Assembly (NCBI GenBank): GCA_963841435.1
Contig: CAWJCS010000005.1
Span: 1,664,001 to 1,728,000 of the forward strand
Source of the DNA: an uncultured delta proteobacterium
Lineage (GTDB): Bacteria > Myxococcota_A > Polyangia > Polyangiales > Polyangiaceae
Direction: 5' to 3'
Length of the DNA: 64,000 nt
Under the pieces are notes generated by a model. It was not told the DNA's origin and ran no database searches. It saw nothing but the letters and a program-made list of their open reading frames with translations. The translations under genes and the position numbers were made by a program. Below, in pieces: positions 56,839-64,000 of the stretch. Position 1 is the stretch's first letter. Every line of letters starts with the position of its first letter.

Positions 56839-59010
56839 CTAGCGCCCGCCCTTCTTTCGGCCGCCGCGGTCGCCGCGCCGCCCGCCGGCGGCCCCCCGGT
56901 TCGACCCGCCGCGACCCCCCTTGGCAGGGCCGCGCTGCGCCTGCTCTCCCGCGCGGCCCCAGGGTGCCGGGGGCCGTCCGGGCGCGTTGGCGGTGCGCGC
57001 GGCGCCTCGGCCCCGCGGCCGGCTCTCTTCCGCCTTGGCGAGCACCGCCTCGGGCACGACGCGCCGCGCGTAGACGGTGCGCCTGAGCACGGCAACGTCC
57101 TCGATCGTCACGAGCATGCGGTCGCCGAGCGTGACGGCGTCACCCGAGCGCGCGCCGACGACGCTGATCTCGTCCTCGCCCGGCTCGTAGCGGTCGGGGC
57201 CGAGCCCTTCGAAGCGCACGAGCACGTCAACGTACGGCTGATCGAGCGCGACGTACACGCCGCTGCCGACGAGCGCGGACACCGTGCCCTCGAGCGTTTC
57301 ACCCACGCGATCGCGCATGAAGAGCGCGCGGTAGAGATCGACCACCTCGCGCTCGATCTCCATGGCGGCGCGCTCGCGCGTGCTCGCGCGTGTCGCGCTC
57401 GCCGACAGGGACTCGAGCGCCGCGGCGCTCGTGTCGGGCTTGCCGCCGCGCAGAAGGTGCTTCACCTGGCGGTGGATCTCGACGTCGGGATAGCGCCGGA
57501 TCGGCGACGTGAAATGCACGTACGCCTCGGAAGCCAGGCCGAAGTGGCCGATGTTGTTCACGTCGTAAACGGCCTGCTTGAGCGAGCGCAAAAGCAACGA
57601 TTCGAGCACCCAGCGCCGCGGATGCTTCTGGATCTTGGCGAGCCAGCGCGACACACCCCGCGGCTCGTTCAGGGCGTCGAGGTCGATCTCGACGCCGAGC
57701 TTGCGAGCCACGAGCCCGAGGCGCTCGAGCTTCTCGGCGTCGGGCTTGGCGTGCACGCGATACACCGCCGGGCAGCGCCGCTGCCCCAAAAAGCGCGCCA
57801 CGAGCTCGTTGGCGAGCAGCATGAGCTCTTCGATCATGCCGTAGGCGCGCTTGACGCCCGGATCTTGCGCGCGCCGCACGATGTCGACGGGAGCGCCCGT
57901 TTCGGCGTCGAGAACGACCTTGGCCTCGGGCAGGTCGAGGTCGAGCGCGCCGCGCGCCATGCGGCGCTTGCGGAGCTTGCGCGAGAGATCGTCGAGCACG
58001 CGCAGGCCCTTTTTGAGGGCCTCGGCCTGCGTGCTCTGCGGACCTTGCTCCGTGAAGCCGAGCGTGCGCGCGACGCCGCCGTAGGTGAGCATCGCCTGGG
58101 AGCGCATGACGCCCTCCACGATCTCGAAGCTTTCGACGTTGCCGTCGGTGTCGAGGTCGGCGATGACGCACAGCGTGAGGCGCTCCTGCTCGGGAAGGAG
58201 CGAGCAGAGGTCCGCGGCGAGCGCGGCGGGCAGCATGGGGATGGCGCGATCGGGCAGGTAGACGGTGCACCCGCGCGACAGCGCCTCGGCGTCGAGGGCG
58301 CTGCCCGGCTGCACGTACTCGCTCACGTCGGCGATCGCGACCCAGGCGCGGTAGCCGTCGCCCAGCTTTTCGACCCAGACCGCGTCGTCGTGGTCGCGCG
58401 CGTCCTCGGGATCGATGGTCGGCAGGGGCACGTCGCGCAGATCGCGGCGGCCGGTCGCGGCGGCACGCTGCAGCTTCGCGGCCATGGCCTCGGCCTCCCG
58501 CACGGCGGCGTCGGGGTGCTGCTCCTCGACCTCCTCGCGCACGAGGATCTTCTGCACCTCGACGTTGGGGTCGCCCGGCACGCCGAGCACCTCGAGCAGC
58601 TCTCCCTCGGGGTTCTCGTCGGCGAACTCGGGAAAGCGCGTGATGGTGACGACCGCGGCCGCGCCGTCCTCGGCGGTCTTCGGTACGCCCGCGAGCACGA
58701 TGGGGCCGCGCAGGCGCGAGTCGTCGGGCTCGAGCCAGGTGCTCTTGCCCCGACGGCGCAGGACCCCAGCCACGCGCGGGCTGCGGCGCTGCACCACACG
58801 ATCGACGGCGCCTTCGACCCCGCGCGGCGAGCGCCCCGCGATGCGGACGGTGACACGGTCGCCGTGCATCCCGGGGCCGATCCCCTCGGGAGGCACGTAA
58901 ACGTCGTCCCGCCCGGCCGCGGCCACGAAGCCGAAGCCCCGCGGGTTCATCGTAAGGACGCCGTCCCACGCCTCGGTGGAATCGTCCTGCTTCTTTCGGG
59001 CGCGCGCCAT
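56839..59010 (-). CDS. rnr: Ribonuclease R
   Basis: CSD RGFGFV; RNB TIDPEDARDHDDA, AIADVS, HFGLA...HFTSPIRRYPD; S1 domain; basic tail. Confidence 0.95.
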   Translation of the reverse strand: MARARKKQDDSTEAWDGVLTMNPRGFGFVAAAGRDDVYVPPEGIGPGMHGDRVTVRIAGRSPRGVEGAVDRVVQRRSPRVAGVLRRRGKSTWLEPDDSRLRGPIVLAGVPKTAEDGAAAVVTITRFPEFADENPEGELLEVLGVPGDPNVEVQKILVREEVEEQHPDAAVREAEAMAAKLQRAAATGRRDLRDVPLPTIDPEDARDHDDAVWVEKLGDGYRAWVAIADVSEYVQPGSALDAEALSRGCTVYLPDRAIPMLPAALAADLCSLLPEQERLTLCVIADLDTDGNVESFEIVEGVMRSQAMLTYGGVARTLGFTEQGPQSTQAEALKKGLRVLDDLSRKLRKRRMARGALDLDLPEAKVVLDAETGAPVDIVRRAQDPGVKRAYGMIEELMLLANELVARFLGQRRCPAVYRVHAKPDAEKLERLGLVARKLGVEIDLDALNEPRGVSRWLAKIQKHPRRWVLESLLLRSLKQAVYDVNNIGHFGLASEAYVHFTSPIRRYPDVEIHRQVKHLLRGGKPDTSAAALESLSASATRASTRERAAMEIEREVVDLYRALFMRDRVGETLEGTVSALVGSGVYVALDQPYVDVLVRFEGLGPDRYEPGEDEISVVGARSGDAVTLGDRMLVTIEDVAVLRRTVYARRVVPEAVLAKAEESRPRGRGAARTANAPGRPPAPWGRAGEQAQRGPAKGGRGGSNRGAAGGRRGDRGGRKKGGR

Positions 59011-59117
59011 GCGGCCCCGCTCTACCGACGGGCCAGGCGGGGCACAAGGTCAAAGGCCGCGCCCCAGGCCTGGATCTCGCCGAAAGCGCGCGGCGGTAGT
59101 AGTAGTCTCTGCGCTCC

Positions 59118-60248
59118 GTGGCCCGCTTCCCTTGGCTCGCGACGCTCCGCCTGGCCGTGCTCGCCTCGCTTGCGGGCAGCTCGGCACTGGTCGTGGACTA
59201 CCTGAGCCCCGTGGCGAGCTATTGCGGCGCCAACTCGGGCTGCGGCCAGGTCCGGCAGCACGCGCTGTCGCATCTCGGGAGCCTTTTCGTGCCGCTGCCC
59301 GCCGTCGGTCTCATGGCCTTCACGGCCGTCTACACGCTGTCGCTGTTGCCCGGCGAGCGGCGCCGGCTCGCGGCCATCGCGGCCATCGTGGGCGGTGTGG
59401 GCGGCGCGGCGCTGCTCCTGGTTCAAAAGCTGGCGATCGGCGTGTTCTGCAGTCTGTGCACGGTCGTCAACGTCGGGGCCGTCATCGCCGGGATCGCCGG
59501 CGCCCTGTACCTCGCGAGCCTCGACGAGGGCCCCGCGCCCGAGCCGCTGCGCGACTGGGCGTTCATGGCGTTGGGCGCGCTCGCCGTGTCCGCGCCGCTC
59601 GCCTGGCCACAGCTGCGACCGGCGCCCGATCTGCCACCCGGTGTCGCCGCGTACTACGAGCCCGGCAAGATCAACGTCGTCGAGTTCGTCGATTTCGAAT
59701 GTCCGTTCTGCCGTCTCCTCCATCCGAAGCTCAAGGCCGTCGTTCGCGAATATGGCGATCGCGTCAACTTCGTGCGCCTTGACCTGCCGCTCGCCATGCA
59801 CCCGCGCGCGCGCGCGGCGGCGCACGCCCACGCTTGTGCGACAGAACGAGGCAAGGGCGACGCGATGGCGGACGCGCTGTTCACGACGGAAGACCTGAGC
59901 ACGGCGGGGCTGCTCCGCGCCGGCGAGTCGGTGGGGCTCGACCGCAGCTACGTGCAACGTTGTCTGGGCGCCAAAAGGACCGAAGAAGCCGTCGTCGGCA
60001 CGGAGCGCATCCTGCGCGACTCCGGTCGCCTCGAGGGCTTGCCGACGACGTTCGTAGGAACGGCCATGCTCGTCGGGACGCAGGAGGAGGCGACGCTGCG
60101 TGATGCGTTCGACCGCGCCGAGCAGGGGACGCAGGGCGGCGTGCCCGGTCCGGTCTTCGTCGCGGCGGTCGTCATCGCGGCGCTGCTCGTCATGTGGTTC
60201 GGTCGCGCGCGCGGCGCCATGGAGCCTCCACGTGTCACCGCGCCCTGA
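59118..60248 (+). CDS. VKOR-DsbA/thioredoxin fusion membrane protein
   Basis: Loop Cys pair YCGANSGC, TM CxxC FCSLC; DsbA-like EFVDFECPFC and cis-Pro GLPT. Confidence 0.88.
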   Translation: MARFPWLATLRLAVLASLAGSSALVVDYLSPVASYCGANSGCGQVRQHALSHLGSLFVPLPAVGLMAFTAVYTLSLLPGERRRLAAIAAIVGGVGGAALLLVQKLAIGVFCSLCTVVNVGAVIAGIAGALYLASLDEGPAPEPLRDWAFMALGALAVSAPLAWPQLRPAPDLPPGVAAYYEPGKINVVEFVDFECPFCRLLHPKLKAVVREYGDRVNFVRLDLPLAMHPRARAAAHAHACATERGKGDAMADALFTTEDLSTAGLLRAGESVGLDRSYVQRCLGAKRTEEAVVGTERILRDSGRLEGLPTTFVGTAMLVGTQEEATLRDAFDRAEQGTQGGVPGPVFVAAVVIAALLVMWFGRARGAMEPPRVTAP

Positions 60249-60312
60249 GCGCGCCCCCCGGATCTGCTTCGGCCAAAGCCTGGCGACGTAGCGCCATTGG
60301 CACTGCGGCGCC

Positions 60313-60921
60313 CTAGTGGCACTGCGGGAGGAAGCTCGGCGGGCAGCAGTAGCGCGGCACCTGAGTGCCGAGGTCGGTGCAGCCCGCCGTTTGGAACATC
60401 CCGAGATTGGCGCCGGCACCGAAGCAAACCCAGGTGACCTCGTCGGTGGTGCACAAGCCGCCCGTCGACGCTTCGCAGCCCTCGGGGCAAGCCGCCGCCG
60501 CACCACCCTCGCCCCCTTCACCCGCTTGTCCCGCGCCGGGGAGCCCACCAAAGCCAGCGGAGGCGCCGCCCGTCGCGCCCCCGTTGCCCGCGCCGCTGAG
60601 GCCTCCCGCGCCGCTCGAGCTCGCGTTGCCGGCGCCTGCGGTGGCGGAGCCCGCCGTGCCGCCGGAAAACGCGCCACCCGGCGACGCGCCGCCCGTCGCG
60701 CCGGCACCCGTGGAGCCTCCGGTCGTTGCGCCGGAGCCGCCGCCGCTTCCGCCCGTGCTGCTCACCGTGCCGCCCGTGCCCGTGGCGTTGCCCGTGCTGC
60801 CGCCGCTCCCGCCGCTGCCGCCGCTGCCACTCGGATGACTTTGCTGATCGACCGAGCGCCCGCTGCACGCGATGGCGCACACGAGGGCCACGGGCCACGC
60901 GAACCGATGACTTTGCACCAT
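60313..60921 (-). CDS. Gly-rich-linker lipoprotein with small Cys-rich C-terminal domain
   Basis: ATG 60921, VALVCAIAC lipobox, Gly linker, tail CPEGC...C...C...C...CC...C. Confidence 0.7.
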   Translation of the reverse strand: MVQSHRFAWPVALVCAIACSGRSVDQQSHPSGSGGSGGSGGSTGNATGTGGTVSSTGGSGGGSGATTGGSTGAGATGGASPGGAFSGGTAGSATAGAGNASSSGAGGLSGAGNGGATGGASAGFGGLPGAGQAGEGGEGGAAAACPEGCEASTGGLCTTDEVTWVCFGAGANLGMFQTAGCTDLGTQVPRYCCPPSFLPQCH

Positions 60922-61110
60922 CCCGACCACCGGCACGGAGACTATCACACTCCGCCCGCGTCGCCCTGCTCCCGTGACGATGCGGCGAGACGGCTGGCGC
61001 TCGGGCGCACCCTGGGGAGAGGGCGAGCCCGCCGTCGAGACGGAGCCCAAGGTGAAGACCGGGGCGTTCGCCGAGCCGGCGTCGCTCCGAGAAAAGTGGT
61101 AAACTCTTTC

Positions 61111-62256
61111 ATGAGTTCCCCCGAAAGAGCGCCGTCCGTGGTGCCGTTCGAGGTGTTCCAGGCCCTGCCGAAGACGGACCTGCACGTTCACCTCGACGGG
61201 TCGCTCCGGCTCGAGACGATTCTCGACATCGCGCAGAAGGACGGCGTCGAGCTGCCCGCGCGGGACGCCCATGGCCTGCGTGATGCCATCGGTTGCGGCA
61301 AGCACTTCGGCTCGCTCGTCGAATACCTGCGTGGTTTCGACATCACGCTGCGCGTCATGCAAACCGAGGAGGCGCTCGAGCGTATCGCCTTCGAGCTCGC
61401 CGAGGACGCCCATCGCGAGAACGTTCGCTACATGGAGGTGCGCTACGCACCGATGCTGCACACGCGCCACGGGCTCAAGCTCACGCGCGTCGTGGAGGCG
61501 GTGCTCGCGGGGCTCCGGCGCGCGCGAGAGACGTACGGCGTGAAGGCCAACGTCATCATCTGCGGCATCCGCAACATCTCGGCGGAGTCGTCGTATCAGA
61601 TGGCGGAGCTTGCCGTCGCGTACAAGGGGCGCGGCGTCGTCGGCTTCGATCTCGCGGGCGCCGAAGCCGACTTCCCCGCGAAGCACCACCGCCGCGCGTT
61701 CCAGCTCGTGCGCGACAACAACATCAACTGCACGATTCACGCGGGCGAAGCCTACGGCCCCGAGTCGATCGCGCAGGCGATCCACGTCTGCGGCGCGCAC
61801 CGTATCGGCCACGGCTGCCGGCTACGCGAAAACGGCGATCTCTTGCACTACCTGAACGATCACCGGATCCCGCTCGAATGCTGCCCTTCGAGCAACGTGC
61901 AGACGGGCGCCGTCAAGGACCTCGCGACACACCCGCTCAAGCTCTACTTCGATCTCGGGCTTCGCGTGACGATCAACACCGACAATCGTTTGATCACGGA
62001 CACCAGCGTTTCACGGGAGCTTTACCTCGTTCACCGCGAGATGAGCGTGCCGTTCGTCGATATCAAAGCGATGATTCTCGCGGGCTTCAAGTCGAGCTTT
62101 CAGCCGTTTCACGAGAAGCAGGCGATGCTGCGCCGCGTGGCGAGCGAGCTCGAGCGCTACGACGAAACGGGCGGCGCGAGGCCGACCCTCGGTCCCCCGC
62201 CGGCAGCCCCAGCTCGCGCGCGCGCGAGCGCTGAAGTTCGGTCCGAAGCGGAGTAG
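61111..62256 (+). CDS. add: Adenosine deaminase
   Basis: LPKTDLHVHLDGS, GFDLAGAE, TIHAGE, RIGHG, CPSSN, INTDN. ATG at 61111. Confidence 0.95.
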   Translation: MSSPERAPSVVPFEVFQALPKTDLHVHLDGSLRLETILDIAQKDGVELPARDAHGLRDAIGCGKHFGSLVEYLRGFDITLRVMQTEEALERIAFELAEDAHRENVRYMEVRYAPMLHTRHGLKLTRVVEAVLAGLRRARETYGVKANVIICGIRNISAESSYQMAELAVAYKGRGVVGFDLAGAEADFPAKHHRRAFQLVRDNNINCTIHAGEAYGPESIAQAIHVCGAHRIGHGCRLRENGDLLHYLNDHRIPLECCPSSNVQTGAVKDLATHPLKLYFDLGLRVTINTDNRLITDTSVSRELYLVHREMSVPFVDIKAMILAGFKSSFQPFHEKQAMLRRVASELERYDETGGARPTLGPPPAAPARARASAEVRSEAE

Positions 62257-62301
62257 TGCGCGGTCACCAAGGAGTCGGCCGCCGGAGCCGGGCCGCGTGC
62301 G

Positions 62302-63009
62302 TCAGCGCGCCGCGGCGGCGAGCGCGTAGACCCAATCCTCGATGCACGTCTGGGCCTCCGGGCCCCAGCCGTTCGAAGTGGAGTTGCCCGGCGCGAGGGG
62401 CATGAGGTCACCGCAGCCCTCGGCGTCCCGCATTTTGAGGATCATCCAGCTTTGCTCCGGGTGCTGGCTGTCGACGAGCAGCGCACCCTTGGGGCAGGCG
62501 TCGGGCGGGGGGTCGCACGCTCGGAAGACCTCGCCCGGAGCGGCGCAGCTGATGTCTCCGAAGACGGCGCGACGGTCGACCAGGAGGCCACCCGCGCCGG
62601 GATCGGAGAGATCGAGCTCCGAGAAGTGGTCGAGCGCGTTGTGGCAGCCGGTGCGCGAGCAGTTCGCCTTCAAGCGCGTGGTGATGTCGCTATCGCCGCA
62701 GGGCACGTCGATGACCCCCCCGCCGGCACCGTTGGGGTTGCCCGAAAAGCCGCCCGCGCCGCCTCTGGCGCCGCCGCCAGTCGTCGTCCCGGCCGTCGCG
62801 CCACTACCGGTCGCCGTCCCGGCCGCGGCGCCGCTGCCGGTCGCCGTCCCGGCCGCGGCGCCGCTGCCGGCCATCGTCCCCGCCGTCCCACCCGCCCCGC
62901 CGTCGCCCTCCGCTGGTCCCAAGCCGATCAGCGACTCGCCACCACAAGCCCCGGCGGCGCCGGCGAGCAGCGCGATCTGAGCCCATGCCCGCAAGCTCAC
63001 GGTTCGCAT
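62302..63009 (-). CDS. Gly-rich-linker lipoprotein with Cys-rich, cytochrome-c-like C-terminal domain
   Basis: AAGAC lipobox; GTATGSGAAA repeats; CSRTGCH (CX4CH) and later LMP. Start is 63009 or 63060. Confidence 0.7.
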   Translation of the reverse strand: MRTVSLRAWAQIALLAGAAGACGGESLIGLGPAEGDGGAGGTAGTMAGSGAAAGTATGSGAAAGTATGSGATAGTTTGGGARGGAGGFSGNPNGAGGGVIDVPCGDSDITTRLKANCSRTGCHNALDHFSELDLSDPGAGGLLVDRRAVFGDISCAAPGEVFRACDPPPDACPKGALLVDSQHPEQSWMILKMRDAEGCGDLMPLAPGNSTSNGWGPEAQTCIEDWVYALAAAAR

Positions 63010-63056
63010 GCCCGGTAATCCCGAGCGCCTCGCCCGATTGATCACGAAAAGAGCGC

Positions 63057-63845
63057 TCATCGGCCGAGCAGCGCTTTTGCTCGCGCCGACTGAGCGGTGC
63101 GCGGGAAACGGCCGAGCAAACGGCCCGCCCAGAGCCGTGCGGCCGTGGTGTCACCGAGCTTGTCGGCGGCTTCCATGCGCAGCGCGAGCACTTCCGGCAA
63201 CAGGCGTGGCTCCTCGAAGCGCTGCTCGTAGGGCGCGAGCGCCGCGAGCGCGCCGTTTGCGTCACCCCGGGCAAGGGACTGGTGCGCCCGATCGACGAGC
63301 GCGACCTCGGCGGCGAGCGGCGGCGGGGGCGGCGTCTCGTCGAGCGGGAAGGCCTTGGCGCTCGGATCCGACGCCTCGGGCTCCGTTGGCGTGGGGGCTT
63401 CGGGAGCAGCGCTCGGCGCCGTCGCCTGGGCGCGCATGGGCGCCGCAGGTGCCGAGGGCGCGAAAATTGGCGCGGCGTGGCTCGCGGGCGGCGCCTCGTC
63501 GCGCGCGGGAGAGAGACCATGGCTCACACCCCACGCAGCACCGCTCACCGCGACGCCCGCCACGGCGCCCACCGCGAGCAGCTTCACGGTCGCCGCAAGA
63601 CCGAGCGTCGAGGTTGCGGCCGTCGCGCCGGCGGCGCCGGCCGCTGCTGCTCCGGCGGATGCCGCGCTGGCCGCCGTCGCGGCCCCGACCGTACCGGCGG
63701 CAGCGAGCGTCGCCGCGCCGGCGCCGACGGCGAGCAGCGTCTTTTCCATGGCCGTTCGCGCTGGTACCTCGTCGGCGCCCGCGCGCAGGAGCGCCGTTGC
63801 GAGCGACGCTGCCGGCCCATGGAGGAGGCGTTCGGGATCGTTCAT
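63057..63845 (-). CDS. Putative membrane anti-sigma factor (TM, Pro-rich linker, TPR-like C-terminus)
   Basis: LAAEVALVDRA...YEQRF...LLPEVLALRMEA...RFP; coupled to the upstream sigma factor by an ATGA overlap. Confidence 0.75.
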   Translation of the reverse strand: MNDPERLLHGPAASLATALLRAGADEVPARTAMEKTLLAVGAGAATLAAAGTVGAATAASAASAGAAAAGAAGATAATSTLGLAATVKLLAVGAVAGVAVSGAAWGVSHGLSPARDEAPPASHAAPIFAPSAPAAPMRAQATAPSAAPEAPTPTEPEASDPSAKAFPLDETPPPPPLAAEVALVDRAHQSLARGDANGALAALAPYEQRFEEPRLLPEVLALRMEAADKLGDTTAARLWAGRLLGRFPRTAQSARAKALLGR

Positions 63846-64000
63846 TTCGGCTCCTCGTCGATGGGGCGCGCGCGGAAGCGGCGCCGGGCCTCGTGGCGGT
63901 GGACGTGCTCGGTGAACGCCTCGCGCGCGCGTCGCAGGCGCGAGGCGACGGTCCCCGCGGGGAGAGCGGTGATGGCCGCGACCTCCGCGGCCGTCAGCTC
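63842..64000 (-). CDS. ECF sigma-70 factor, C-terminal region 4 (partial, runs off the window end)
   Basis: Manual translation ELTAAEVAAITALPAGTVASRLRRAREAF...EEPK*. Confidence 0.85.
   Translation of the reverse strand, partial: ELTAAEVAAITALPAGTVASRLRRAREAFTEHVHRHEARRRFRARPIDEEPK

Noticed and set aside
59097-59105. TAGTAGTAG as DnaA-trios
   Set aside because: Only three units and no adjacent DnaA boxes; probably part of a promoter.
60316-61110. Long N-terminal extension on adenosine deaminase
   Set aside because: Overlaps the minus-strand lipoprotein and is low-complexity; the deaminase motifs begin just after ATG 61111.
62007-62022. parS-like CGTTTCACGGGAGCTT in add (and a GTGAAAC half-site near 18354)
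   Set aside because: Only one half-site matches; explicable by codon usage.
1-64000. Mobile elements, prophage, defence systems, rRNA/tRNA
   Set aside because: No transposase, integrase, phage, nuclease or RT motifs and no tRNA/rRNA signatures were recognised by eye; tRNAscan and DefenseFinder would be needed to exclude them formally.

Overview
Very GC-rich (roughly 70%) bacterial chromosomal segment of about 62 CDSs. Gene content points to a myxobacterium, probably Polyangia/Polyangiaceae-like (inference from Gly-rich-linker lipoproteins, ECF/anti-sigma pairs, and DUF4388/GYF_2/PEGA proteins). Housekeeping genes: dapF, aroK-aroB fusion, zapA, bioF-bioD, rpe, tyrA, serS, rnr, add. It also holds a MoxR-DUF58-transglutaminase operon, a sugar-uptake locus (two exported aldose 1-epimerase paralogues, porin, ABC transporter, oxidoreductases) and a liv ABC operon interrupted by a large GYF_2 membrane protein. 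No rRNA, tRNA, CRISPR array, transposase, integrase or prophage gene was seen. Main points of interest: (1) a gene cluster of apparently degenerate signalling proteins (REC-GGDEF*-DICT-like, REC-DUF4388-GTPase*, Hpt-REC-REC-DUF4388-TM-PEGA); (2) an intact-frame DAHP-synthase homologue lacking its catalytic residues, coupled to tyrA; (3) a perfect parS palindrome and weaker copies inside bioF/bioD, beside an AT-rich repeat-containing island, suggesting an origin-proximal region; (4) three single-base frameshifts that are probably sequencing errors. All domain calls come from motif recognition by eye, with no database searches.
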